Below, piece by piece: positions 28,779 to 41,192 of a stretch of DNA of 64,000 nt; position 1 is the first letter of the stretch; every line of letters begins with the position of its first letter. The position numbers and the translations under genes were made by a program. The stretch comes from the human T2T-CHM13v2.0 reference genome, Homo sapiens. Location of the stretch: NCBI RefSeq assembly GCF_009914755.1, contig NC_060945.1. The stretch is one strand, 5' to 3'. Under the pieces are notes generated by a model that was not told where the DNA came from, ran no database searches, and saw only the letters and a program-made list of their open reading frames with translations.

Positions 28779-29475
28779 AGTGCGCTGCCCGCGGGGAGGG
28801 GCTGCGCGACTGGGACTTTATGGGTATTTGTTATTTGCTATGAAGTTAACGGGGCGGGGGATGGGGACACACACACACTTGCTTGCAGGATTGAGTCAAG
28901 TGTCGGAGGGAGGGGGGCCCGGCAGCAGCGCCAGCCTGTCCGGGCTGCGGTGCCAGCGTGCGAACTTTTCTTTGTTGCTTGGGAAAATGTTTGGATTCGT
29001 GCTCCAGAAAGAGGTGGGGGGGGGGGGGGGGGGAAGAAAAGATTAAAAAAAAAAAGTCGGATAGTGGAGATTCAGCAAATACGGGAAAAGGAAAAAAACA
29101 AAAACCAAAAAACCACCAAATGCAGGCACGATCGCTGTTTCAAGAAAAGTAAGGAAAGGTACCGCGCACCGGGCTGGCAACTGGTGCGCGCAGCCTCCCG
29201 CCCCCGCGCTGCGCTGGACAAGCCGGCTGTGGAGGTTCCAAGCTCCGGGGCCCACTTCCTTTCTTATTTTGTGGGTTTCCTTGGCTCTGCTGGGACCAGG
29301 AGGAAGGGAAGAAAGAGAGGGGAAAAAGCCGTAAAAATTAAAACAAAAATGCAGGGGGGCAGCCTGAGGCGAGCTGGTGAAGCGGCGTGTCTGTGTCCCT
29401 TCGGCTGCGGTCTCCTCCTGCCCGCCGTCATCCCCAGTCGGCAGCTGCGAGCGCCGAGAGCAGCGCGAGCGCTGT
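28779..29475 (-). other. ADAMTS5: ADAMTS5 5' UTR (about 700 nt, non-coding part of exon 1; TSS approximate)
   Basis: Lies between the ATG and an Inr-like TCTTCACAG about 30 nt downstream of the TATA box. Contains U11 and C18 tracts on the mRNA strand. Confidence 0.7.
29264..29431 (-). CDS. Candidate upstream ORF (55 aa) in ADAMTS5 5' UTR
   Basis: GGGG-ATG at 29431, open to TAA at 29266-29264. Only AUG in the leader. Translation unproven. Confidence 0.4.
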   Translation of the reverse strand: MTAGRRRPQPKGHRHAASPARLRLPPCIFVLIFTAFSPLFLPFLLVPAEPRKPTK

Positions 29476-29500
29476 GAAGATGCGAGGAGGTGGAACAATG

Positions 29501-29510
29501 AATTTATAGC
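29501..29510 (-). promoter_or_regulatory. TATA box of ADAMTS5 core promoter
   Basis: GCTATAAATT on the minus strand (TATAAA 29508-29503) in a GC-rich context, correctly spaced from an Inr-like sequence at about 29475. Confidence 0.75.
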
Positions 29511-32500
29511 GGCATGCCATCCTGCAATGGCAATTTCAACAGTTCGTCACTGCACGCTGCCTCTTAAAGGGAGAGCTTCCCCCACCACTCCCACCCTTCC
29601 CAGTCCGCGCCTAATCAGATGGGGGAGGGCAAAAGAGGAGGGTGATCGAGGAAAGGGAGACGAAGTAGGAGGAAGGGACTGGGACCCGGCGAGGTGGTAG
29701 GAGGGGAGAGGGGAAAATAAAAAGTAATGGGGCAAGAAAAACAGATTTCCTTGGCCACTTTTAAAGCCACAGCGGCTCCGGGTCTGCCTGATATTTCACA
29801 ACCAATTGGGGTTGGCTAACCTTGGCTTACCTCATCTCCTGAACGGGTGTTTTGGTTAAAGTTATTGAGACGTTTCAAGTCTCTCCCTGCCTCCTTCTTG
29901 CCTGCTTTTCTCGCCCTCGGTGGGAAGTTCCTGCCGCAAGTTTTTCCCCTTTGCACACCCGTGCGCTCTGGCCTCGCAGACCGTGCAACTCCATCCACCA
30001 GCCAGAGCTTTTCAGCTTCCCGTGCGTCCCCTAACCACCGCGTTCCCTTCGCTTCCTCCCCTCCGTCCCGGCACCCGGTTTCCTCCCTCCCCATTCTCCA
30101 GCCTCTTGATGCTTTGACGCTCGCCGGATTCGGGCTCCGGGTGACTAACTTCTCCCGGCCACCAGCAGAGCGGCTGGACAGCCAGAGAGCCCAGGGCGCT
30201 TCCTGGCGCGCTGCGGTACCCCGGGGCGAGAACGCCCGCCGCTTGGGAACTCCGCAGCTTTGTCTGCGAACGGCGGGCTCCCAGCTTTCTCCAGCACGCC
30301 TTTCGTCAGGGTCCACAATCTGTCCCTTACTCCCAGCCCACTGGAACTTCCTTTGCTCTAAAAAGGCAGAGCGAGAAAGAGTTAACTCTTAGAGGGAATT
30401 CCGCTCATTTTTTTTCCCTGAAAGATTTTAAAATTTTGCGCTCATACTTTTATTTTTTGCTTAAATGATACTTTAATAATAAATTCCTATATCTGTTTTT
30501 GTCTCTTCTAAAGCAACCACTTATCGCCATAGGCCTTGACCTACCTTCATTCTCAGAAATTCCTTTTAGAAGAAAAAGAATACTTTTGGCGGAAGGAAGA
30601 TTGGTGCTTATTAGTACGCGGGTGACATTATCACTGCTACTCGTTTCCTCTGACCTCTTTGTTTCCTCTAATTATCATTCTAAGAAGGGAGAAGGAAAAC
30701 CCGACGACTTATGGTTAGAAGGTCTACCTTCTACTGTAGGGGTAAGAGCTCCCTCCATGCCCAAATTATTCTTCAGGCTAATTAACTAATGCACCAGTGA
30801 AAAATGAATGTGGTGTAATTTGTACATTTCCATCTTTTTCTACGTATAACTTTGGCTACGCTGGGGATAGCAGGGCGGGTGCCTTAATGGGGCCCCAAGC
30901 TGATCGCTTTCTCTGGGAGGGAACCATGAGGGTCCAGAGCTTGATGGAGGTTCTTAGAGTGGCAATAATCCTCTGGAAGGAATTTCAGAATTGCCCGGCA
31001 ACAATACCCATTGCCGTGTGCCTGGGAACACCCTCTGGAGTCTTGTGAGGGGCAGATGTATCATCTTGTTTTAACTTATAAATAAAGAAATCACTGGGGC
31101 CTTAGGGACACCCAACAGCCCCTGATAGATTCTGAAATACATCAGGACCAGGGAGGAAGTTACTATTGCTGAAGGCCATTGCTTTATAATTCCACAATGC
31201 CTCAGCCTCTCAGTGGCCAGTTGCCCCAGGCCAATGCTAACAGCTGGATGGGTCAGAATAGGAGGTTCCAGCCATTTTCTCTATCCCACCAAGGCCTTTG
31301 AGCCTTGCATTAGCCGTTCTCTTTTGTGGTCCTTGCTTTGCACCTACAAATAGCAAACTTTTATCTTTTTAACCAGTTACAGTGAAAAGGAGTCCAATAT
31401 TTGGCACTAAACACCATTTCTAATACAACCTTGATTCAATAAATTTAACAATTTTGTCATTGTTCATGCCAAAGAATCATTTTAATAGGCATTTTAGGTG
31501 ACAGTGGTTAAAATTTGTTAATTACAATTATTTTCATTCACAGATAGATTTTGTTATTTAGGATTTCAGGAAATTCCAACAGATTCTCTTTTCTTTGATG
31601 GTCTTGAACTCATAACCTCCAGGGATTCTCCCACCTGATGAGACACAGTGACGGCTTGAATTTTCTTCTTAATGAAGCTTTTCTCCTCTTTCACAAACAC
31701 CGTGCTGAATCCTGAATCTGAATATTATGCCTTTAAGTTTAATTATATAGTGACATTTGTACTCAGTTTATTCAAATATTTAAAAATACATGGGGAGAAC
31801 AGGATAGACACAGATAAAGTTCCAAACATGAATATCAAGCACAGAATATTTACTAGAGGTATATATTCACAAGGAAATAAATACTAAATCTTATGAATAC
31901 AATGAATAAATTCTTACATCTCAGAAAATTTCTACTTCGATATAATTTTTTTTTTAGAAAGTAACTTGGACACTTTAGAAACTTCATTTGGTAGTATTTT
32001 TAAAACATTACACTAGTGGATTAGGATGAGCTGCTACGTTGTGGAAAAAATTACTATCTGTCACTCTAAGGAAGTAATTTGCACTGGATAAAAGTAGCTG
32101 AACTTTTTATTTTTACAGTAGAAAGGAAAAATATATTAGCAATCATGTTTAAGCAGAATAACTGCTACTCATTCAAAGTAACAGTTTTATTTGTGCACAT
32201 TTAATGAGAAATTTCCACTGAATTTATAGAGTATATGATCACAAATACCATGATAGATGATTTTACATTTCCCAAAAGGAAGAAGGACTTACTACTCCAG
32301 AATGTTATAATTTATCTTGGAGATCAGGTAGGGCAACTTTCTCCATCTAACTGTGAAAAGCTGAGACCCAGAGGCCAAAATGGCTTGCCTGTGGATAAAA
32401 AAGTCCACTAGTGGCCGAATGTCCTGAAACCTAAATCTCCCAGCTCCTAATTTGGGCTCATTCTACAACACTTCTTACAATGTATCCAGTTTAACAAATA

Positions 32501-35500
32501 TCTATCAAGGTCCTACTGCAAAGTGCTTTATGAGGCTCTCTGGAGGCATGAGAAGATGAACAAGTCATGAGTAATGTCTGGAGGAAACTCACAGTTTAGA
32601 GATGGAGCCGTTTGTATAATAGATGCACAGAATACAAACTGGAAAATACAAATATAGAGGGGGAGAAAGCAAGAGAATTACTCCTGCAGGTGCTCTGAGC
32701 CCTGTATTTCCAATATAGCTCCACTCCATAATTTGTATACTCTTTTAAGTAGCATTTTCTCAAATTTCCATTTGCTAAAGTGTCATTTCCTACCCCCCAC
32801 CCCAAACTATGATTTTAATGGTAAGAGTGAGGAAATATCTGACAGTAAAATATTCCCTTCCGGCCAAACACCTGCTCCTTACCTCCCATGTAGAAGAATT
32901 ACAGTCTTTCAACTCTGCGTTTTTCTTTCCCACATCAAGATCCCTACCCTAGGCCTGCTGAATTGGAAACCCTTTTAGTATCGGCACCCTTGGTGGTAGC
33001 AGGGTGTGTGGATTCTATGGGTAAGATCTCCACTACTAAGCTCCACTACTGCGTGGGACCATGAATGAATGCCTTAAAGACACTGGGTGAGCTTTTCCCT
33101 TTTGTGACACTCGCTTTGCAAATTCTCGTTTTTAGAGGGCTTTGCTTCAAAACCAAAGGTCACACTTTGGGAGTGATTCTAGCTTTGATATGAACTCTTC
33201 ATTTTTAGAGGGTGAAACTACACTTAAATAGTCCTTCTTCCCTCCTTCCCCAGCTCTTTTTCCCCCCGTCCATCCCCTCTGATATTTACAATGGCAGAAC
33301 ATGGACCCTGATGCACTAATGCATGTGTACCCAATCTCATATGCATTAGTACACACAGCACATGTCAGCATGCATGTGCCACACACGTACTCACTTGAAC
33401 TCATGTTTCCCTCTAGGCTGTACTGATGGCTTGATAGAAATCCTAATTAGAGCTCAGATAATAGAAGAGGGGATTAAACCAACCATCCTCTGCCTTTACG
33501 AAGAAAACTTTCTAGAGACCTGCATTGTAGAGATTCTTTTATTTTGCCCCTCGGGAAACCTTACTGAATGCCTGATAAAACTCGAAACCATCTTCTCTGC
33601 TATCTGATTAGGACATATTACAAAACAATCTATCTATTGTGATGGATAACATATGCTTTAGAATCTGTTTTACTTAATATTATAGAAAATATATTTCTAG
33701 AAAGCCAGATTTTCATTTTTTATACACAGTAATTTTATACTATATAGAAGTCTTCAAATGAATAATGTACATATGTATTATTTAAGACATACAGGTGTTA
33801 TCTGTAAAGTAAAACCGACAAGTCATTTTTTATGCTGACCAGCTGTGAAATGTTGTTTTAGCTTTTCTCACACAATTATGCACATATTACTTGCTTTTAT
33901 GAGTTACTTGAGTTCTATTTTTCCTTATTTTCCAAAAATCATCAAAAATCAAACCTTACTAGAAACACATGGAAAATCAGGAATTTCCAGCAGAAAGTAA
34001 TTTGAAACATTTGAGGTTTTCTTTCCCTTCCTTCATAATGGCAAATTTCAAGCAAAGTTTTCAAATTACTTAATGAGTAGTAGCTGTAATTGTAGTAGGA
34101 GTTGTTTCTCGGTTCTATAATTATGTATATATATTTTTACAGTTAAGATTGTATCTTAACATCACCTTTCTCAAGCTCTAAAATATTATAGTCTTCCTCA
34201 AAACTATTTGGTCTCTCCATGTTAAATACATTCTTCTGGTAAATAAGGTAAGAACTGGAAGTAAGTTCACATAAAGCTGGTAAATATCAGTTGGTTACAG
34301 TCTCACCCCTGGCAAGTAGGGAAATGGAAACTGTAGCTTCTTGATCAATGTAATTATCTCCTACCCATGATGTTGGGGTCATTGCAAGTTGCTTATGTGG
34401 TCAGTGGAAGAAAATATACAGTTTCTTTTTTCAGACTCTCCATACACTATTACATACCTCTCTCATACACACCTTTCCTAGTCAGGGACTAACAGGTGGA
34501 AGAGCAGTTATCTGTGTTACACTCCTAGACCTGGGTTCAAGTAAATACATTACAGGTTTTTCTCACTTTATTTGACTTAGGAGGTGTTGCTCTTCCTACA
34601 TCTCTGCTTCTTACTCTTTTAAATCAAGCTGGAAAGAGGAAGTGACAATGCACTGTCACTTACTGGCTGAATGATGATTTGATTCTAAGTCCCAGGAAGG
34701 AACCCTCTTCCAGGAACTCACCATCAACTCTCCCCCTTTTCTCCTTCCAGCTGGCCCAACCTGGACCTGTCGGAAACTTCTCCTTCACCACTATGCCCCA
34801 GGGTCCCAAATGCCCCAGGATCCCAAAAAGATTGCCACCTCTGACCTTTGAAAATATGAGCATGTGAGCTTGAGGCAGCAGGAGAAGAGGAAGTGGGCTT
34901 TGACTGATTTACAATTCAGGGAACTAACTCTTGCCCATAGCTTCTAGTGTGGTTCTTTCCAAGAGCCAGACTACCACTTTTGCTCCTCTCTTTTTCTCAT
35001 TTCAGGACCCTCTTCCAATCCATCTATACCCTGTCCGGTTTATGTTAGTGACAAAACAAGACTCCCCCATCCTTCAAGGAGGTGGAGCATCAGAATCTTT
35101 TCAGAATAGGGGTGGAGAGGAAAGGATTCAGTTGTGGTGCCCTCATTTGTGAGACTCGAGCCCTTGTTCAAAATCATCTTCTCAGATAAATCCCCACCAG
35201 ATCTGCCCAGAAAGTTTATCAGACCCTCCATGGCCCATGTCATTTTGGTTCCAAATGTTTCAGGTGACTTTTGAATTGCAACTGAAAAAGTTATTCTGAT
35301 TTTTGACATTATAGAGTTCATTATCGACAGCTGGCTATAAATTACTAAATTTATAATTAACTATATAATCCCTGGCTTGTTTTTTTGCACCTCAAACTCA
35401 CACTTATTTCTGATAAGCCTTAATCAAATAGGCAATTATTTCATTCATCTATTAGCTTAGTAGGTGTCTTCCTTTCTTTAGGAAATTCAGATGAGGAAAA

Positions 35501-37719
35501 TGGTGCAGATTGAATCTAAGAAAGGTAGAGGTATTAACATAGGGAAACTAGCCAGTATGACACAGAGAAAGCCTCTTACATATGTTGTATAGCTAAATTC
35601 CAGAGACGTTCCGGAGAATCCATAAATAACTTTAACAAATTGCTGGTTTTCAGAGCATTAAAGAGCAAAGTAACCTGATTAGAGTCTCTGCTAGCTTCCA
35701 GCCAACCAGTTTACCTTCCAGAAAATGCAAAACAGTGTCTTGAGATTATGAGATTTTTTTCCCCTCTTTTCTATCATAAGTTTCATTTTTGCTTTTGATT
35801 GTTGGCAGTAGTCTGATGGTTGGGTCCCTCCTACATGAGTAAACTTTTTGCATGCTAAGGATAATAATGTCTCAGAATTATTTTTGGCTAACGTCTCTTT
35901 CTTCTTTCCACATTCTTTTCTTTTCTTTCTCTTTTTCTTTCTGTCTTCACCATAGAATGTATGTTCTATGAAACCAGGGACCATGCTTGTCTTCCTCACC
36001 ACGGTATCTCCAGTTTCTAGTTCAGTAACTAGCAAATTGGAGGCATACATGGACACATGTAAAATATGCAAAACACATATGTTAACTATTTTTAAAATTA
36101 TGTATGTGGGTGGTTACTGATATTTTCCTGTTGCTCTTCTTTACCATCCTTGTCTCTGGTAATAAAAACACACCTTTCCAAGGAAAGTCAATCCACATGT
36201 TTGAATAAAGCTGATGGCTTTCCTTCAGATCTGGATACTGGATACCGAGCCTGACAAGTCAGAGTGCCCCATACATCTGGCCAGAGCTGATGGTTCTGGG
36301 AAGAACTCTGCCCACTGGACATTTGCTCAAACCATTAGCTGAAAGCACTTTTCCTCTGGGATCAGACAATCTAAGGATCATGTATTAAGAAGGAAAGTTG
36401 AACTGCTGTAACAAATACCTTTAAATTCTCAGTGGTTTCACATAAAGTGTATTCTTTGCTCCTGTCACTGTCCCCTGTGGGTTGATGGCCAGCACAGTAG
36501 TGATCCATGCAGTAGGAGCTCAAGCTTGCTCTATCCTGTAGTCTTTCCCCTCAACTGCCTCCAAGGCTGATGCAGAAAGAGAAGAAAGAGAGAGAGATAG
36601 TAGAGAAGGCACACTCTCCCTTGCTTGCCTCTTCCTAGAAGTAGCATACTTCTGGTCCATTGGCAGAAATATAGTCCATATGGCAGTAATAGCCCTATGG
36701 CCCCACCCAGATGTAAAGATGGTAGTGGGAAGCTGAAAACTACAAACCAGTAGTGAGCCAAGAAGAAGAAAGAGGGGGAAACATCTAGCCAGTCTCTGCT
36801 GATTGCCATTTTATCTCACAGATCCCACCAAATGGGAAAAGTCTAAGAATGAAGTTGAACAGAGATGAGAAAGGGAGAAGGCAGGAGGAAGTAAAAAAGA
36901 GAGGAGAGAAAAAGGGGAGATAAATCATCACAATCCTCGAATCCAATAATGTTAATAAAATTCTTACTTTTGTTTAAGTAAGTGTAATCAGGGATTTTGT
37001 CACCTAAAACAGAAATAACCTGGTTAACATACTACTTTGTCCTGGCCATGTTATGTCTAGCCCCTAGCTCAGTCCTTTGCATATATATTAGATAATCTAA
37101 GTATTTTTGGTATCAACGAGCATAAGAATGAATACTTAATATTAAGACATTGAGTTAAAACTGTGTATAGTTATTGGTGCGATCGATGTTAACTAACAAG
37201 CTTATCTCTTACATTATTCCTAAAAGTTGTAGTCTCAGGTAACTAATAAGTGTGCAACATTTATTCTATTATTGTAGTTCCTGTTTTTCTGTTCTGTCAC
37301 TTACCTATGAATGTCACTTACCTGCTGGTCTATGTAAAAATTGTCAGTGCCTTTTATCTGGGTGGGTATACTAAATATAAAATGTTTACATTCGTAATTA
37401 ATCAAAACCAAGACTTCCATTGTAATTCTATTATTCTAAGCTTGCCTAGTCTTACTAAATACCGTAATTATCTGTAAAATCCTGGAATGTAAGGACATTA
37501 ACCTTCCTCCAGTGTTTATTCTGAAGAAATGTTTGGCTAGCCTTCCTCATCTCACTGCGTGACCTTGCAGTATAGAAAAATACCAATCATCGTGGCTCTT
37601 AAACAGTTAGAACTAACTGCCTAGCTGAACATCATAACAAAATTCTTCTACCAAACGACAAGGCATGGAAGGAGAACACTCCCCGTGTGCTAACTTTCTT
37701 TATGGTCGAGCACACCCTG

Positions 37720-37950
37720 CCAAAACAAGCAGCCAAAAGGCCTGACTTTATGTCCTAGCCTAGGCACTGTATGGGATCCTGGGGAAGTTATTTAGATACT
37801 TTGTGTACTTTTTTCCTCATCTGCAAAAGAGTGACAATTATAACACATGCCTCATTGGGTTTTTATGAAGGTTAGCAAGGTTAAGAATTTGAATTGGTGT
37901 GCAATACCTAGTACATGGCAAATAAATAATAAATGTATTATTGTTATTTT
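37720..37950 (+). mobile_element. MIR SINE (degenerate)
   Basis: tttcctcatctgcaaaa...cctcattgggttttatgaaggttagc resembles the MIR core. Confidence 0.6.
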
Positions 37951-38472
37951 AAATTACCCACTATAGCAGTTAAGGGTTTTGTTTTAACTCTTTCATTTTC
38001 ACTTAAATTTTGCCTCAGAGATTACCTCTGACTTTGTTCTGATAGAAGCTTTTGGAAGAGAATCACTAAGGCTGCGAGCAATAAAGAAGTTTAAGACATT
38101 TCAGTTACTAAGGCTGGAGAAAAGTCTGATGCAAATAAGTAGAAAATCCAAAAAGGTGTATAAAGATGCACAACTTCTATGTGGACTACATATAGAGAAG
38201 ACTTTTAAGAAACAGTGCATCCTTTCCATTCATGTCCTTTTGTGTTTATAGTCCCTGATAGTGTTAAAGCCATTTGTGTGCTTATTTTTCTGTTGCTCCT
38301 GTCACATGCCAGGCTGCCATCACACAGAGCATGAGGACTCCATCTACACACATGGCACCTCCGGTGCCTAGCACAACATCGGACTTTACAATTTTTTGAC
38401 AAACATTGGCTTAATTGATTTCAATGAAATCAATCTCATATAGTCCCATAGAGTTTAGGTGAGGAGAGAGAA

Positions 38473-38475
<3 letters not shown>

Positions 38476-38528
<53 letters not shown>

Positions 38529-38791
38529 ATATATACATATATACGTGTATATATATATATACGTGTATATATATACATATATACGTGTATATATATATAC
38601 GTGTATATATATACATATATACATATATACGTGTATATATATACATATATACATATATACGTGTATATATATACATATATACATATATACGTGTATATAT
38701 ATACATATATACATATATACGTGTATATATATACATATATACATATATACGTGTATATATATACATATATACATATATGTATATATATATA
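38476..38791. repeat. Alternating purine-pyrimidine tract including a 30-bp minisatellite (GTGTATATATATACATATATACATATATAC) x about 6
   Basis: (TA)n(TG)n followed by 30-bp units at 38601-38778. Confidence 0.97.
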
Positions 38792-38919
38792 ATTTTAAAA
38801 AATCTTTAAGTTAAAGAAAAAGAATTATAGCTTAAGAAAGTAATCATGACTATCTATAACTTAGTTTAATAGAAACTTTTGTGTTCTAGAGCACCACACC
38901 TCAAAGAAAACTCAGGTAT

Positions 38920-39304
38920 TGATATGGTTTGGCTGTGTCCCCATCCAAATCTCATCTTGAATTGTAATCCGAATTGTAATCCCCATGTGTCGAGGGAGGG
39001 ACTTGGGGGGAGGTGATTGGATCATGGGGCCGTTTCCTTCATGGTGTTCTTTTGATAGTGAGTGAGTTCTCAGAAGATCTGATGGTTTAAAAGTGTGTGA
39101 CTTCCTTTGCTGTTCCTCTCTCCTGCTGCCATGAAAGATGGGCCTTGCTTCAACTTGGGCTTCTTGTGATTGCAAACTTGGGATTGCAAATTTCCTGAGG
39201 TCTCCCCAGCCATGCGGAGCTGTGAGTCAATTAAACCTCTTTCCTTCACAAAATACCCAGTCTCAGGTAATATCTTTATAGCAGTGTGAGAACAGACTAA
39301 TACA
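38920..39304 (+). mobile_element. MaLR solo LTR (THE1D/MSTA-like)
   Basis: TGATATGGTTTGGCTGTGTCCCC...GACTAATACA with TG..CA termini. TSD GGTA(T/G). Confidence 0.92.
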
Positions 39305-40615
39305 GGTAGTTACAAATGGTATTGGTTGCTTTTAACTTGAGGGAAGAATCAATGACTCTCATCTTTCCCATCACATAATGTAATATTTGACCCTTAGGAT
39401 TAGTGTATATGGTATTCACATTTTCAATCTCTGAGAGGTTTCCTGAAGAACTTAGATGGATAGTACATAGCAATTCATAATTTGAAATGTGATCAGCCTA
39501 TGCAGTTGCATGGCATTTCTTGTTCTGCGTTTTGTTGGTTTGTTTGTCTTGGTTTGAATACTCATTGTTACATAGCAAGCAGCTAAGGTAAAGAGATTAA
39601 AGCAAAAGCTGAAGCCACAACTCTGTTTCTTTTAGAGAAATGCTCCTCCTAAAAAGGTTAGCTATTATTGTTGGTGGTGGAAGTGATGAGAACATAAATA
39701 AGTGCAAGACAGTTGTGTTTTAAGACAGAAAGTAGAACAGATAGATTTAAAAAGGGAATTCAGTAATGGCTCAAATCTACCAAGGGAATAATCTCAATTA
39801 TGCTGCCCTCAGGTAGAGGAAAAGGTGGTAGATGAGATAGCCCCTTCCAGGCAGTTCATCCGTTGCAGAATTCACTCATCAATAAATGCTTGGGAGAAGT
39901 TGTAAAATGGTCAAATGTGTTATTACACACAAAACAACACATCTGTGAGTTTCCATTAAAATGAGGTTGAAGAAAGGGAGTCAAGAGTGCAAACATTTCA
40001 ACAAAGCTACAGGTGGTGAAGGCAAGTTGTAGGCAGCTAAACTAGGCACACCTGTAGTAAATGTTGCTTTTAAACTTCCAGAAACATTTTATAGTTTTTG
40101 CCACATGTGAGGTCAACAAATGCATTGTTTGACTTACTGCCCCACTTGTGTTCTCTTGACGGGAAGAAACTCCTAGAAGAGAAATAATATGTTTAATAAA
40201 GAAAATACTGGCCTATGTTAGAAGAAAATACTTTCCCAAATATTCATCCATGAGATGGGTAAGAAAACACGATGATTTAAGGAAGCCAAGGATAAATTGA
40301 CTCATCTACTTTTGTGGCAATGCAGCATATTTTGGGATTAAGACTCACTTGTTTTCCTGTTCTGCCATTTCCCAGTATTAAGGAACTTGAATAGGAACTG
40401 GCTGAATGTTTATTGACATTCCATTAAAAAGAGCATAAGACACAGCCAGATTTTTTTTTCCTTCAAAAATGTCCACAAGTACATTGAGCTAAGGTGGTAT
40501 TTTAAAACGTGGGTTCTCAGTATTTTCTTGACATATCTGTAAGAGTAGGAGAGCGTACTTTCTCTTTCTTTGTATGTCTATTGACCAAGGAAAAACAAAC
40601 TTCCATACTCTAGAA

Positions 40616-41040
40616 AGCGGTGAATCTCAAATATTTTGGGGCCCTTTTATCCCTTTAAAAATTCTCAAAAACCTACAAAACGTTTGTTTATGTAGGTTAT
40701 ATCTACTAATATTTACCACAATAGAAATTACAACTAAAAAAAGAAATATTTGTTAATAACAATACCACAACTATGATATGCTAACGTAGGTAACATTTTT
40801 ATGATAAGGAATCATATTCTCCAAAACAAAAAAAAATAGTGAAACAAATGGTGTTGTTTTATATATTGACAAGTTTCTTTAAAGAAGATAGCTGGATTCT
40901 AATATCTTGTCCTGTATTTAATCATTTTAACATCACATGTACCCTCCAGGAAACTCCACTGTAATATCTCTGTATTATTATAAGAACTTTTTTTTTTTTT
41001 TTAATCTTGGGGCTTTCCTGAAAAAGCTTCACAAATCTTG
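40616..41040 (+). mobile_element. hAT-Charlie DNA transposon remnant (Charlie1-like)
   Basis: tttgtttatgtaggttatatctactaatatttacc resembles the Charlie1 end. Flanked by CTCTAGAA at 40608-40615 and 41041-41048. Confidence 0.72.
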
Positions 41041-41049
41041 CTCTAGAAA

Positions 41050-41192
41050 CTCGCTACTCAAAACCAGCATCTGCATGACCTAGAGCTGGTAAGAAATGCA
41101 AAATCTCAGGTTAGACCCCAGACCTACTGGATTTGCAGTTTCACACAACTTCCAGATAATTATCGTATGCATTAGTAAATAGAAGGATGCTG
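41050..41192. mobile_element. MER5A-like hAT MITE fragment
   Basis: accagca...agaaatgcaaaatctcagg...ccccagacctactg resembles MER5A. Confidence 0.7.

Larger units (their letters stand above)
27850..30310. promoter_or_regulatory. CpG island spanning exon 1 and promoter of ADAMTS5
   Basis: Visibly high GC and dense CpG/GCGC content against AT-rich flanks. Edges approximate. Confidence 0.9.

Noticed and set aside
28299-29477. 392-aa ORF antisense to ADAMTS5 exon 1
   Set aside because: Stop-poor GC-rich CpG island and codon shadow of the real CDS. It reads through G18/A11 homopolymers, has no ATG start and no recognisable domain.
29816-30392. 166-aa and 181-aa ORFs in the upstream CpG block
   Set aside because: Non-ATG starts, low-complexity R/S/P composition, and expected by chance in GC-rich DNA.
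38601-38778. 30-bp periodic repeats as a possible CRISPR-like array
   Set aside because: Head-to-tail low-complexity units with no unique spacers, in eukaryotic DNA.
38455-38814. Five overlapping Y/I-rich ORFs
   Set aside because: Translations of the TA-rich tandem repeat.
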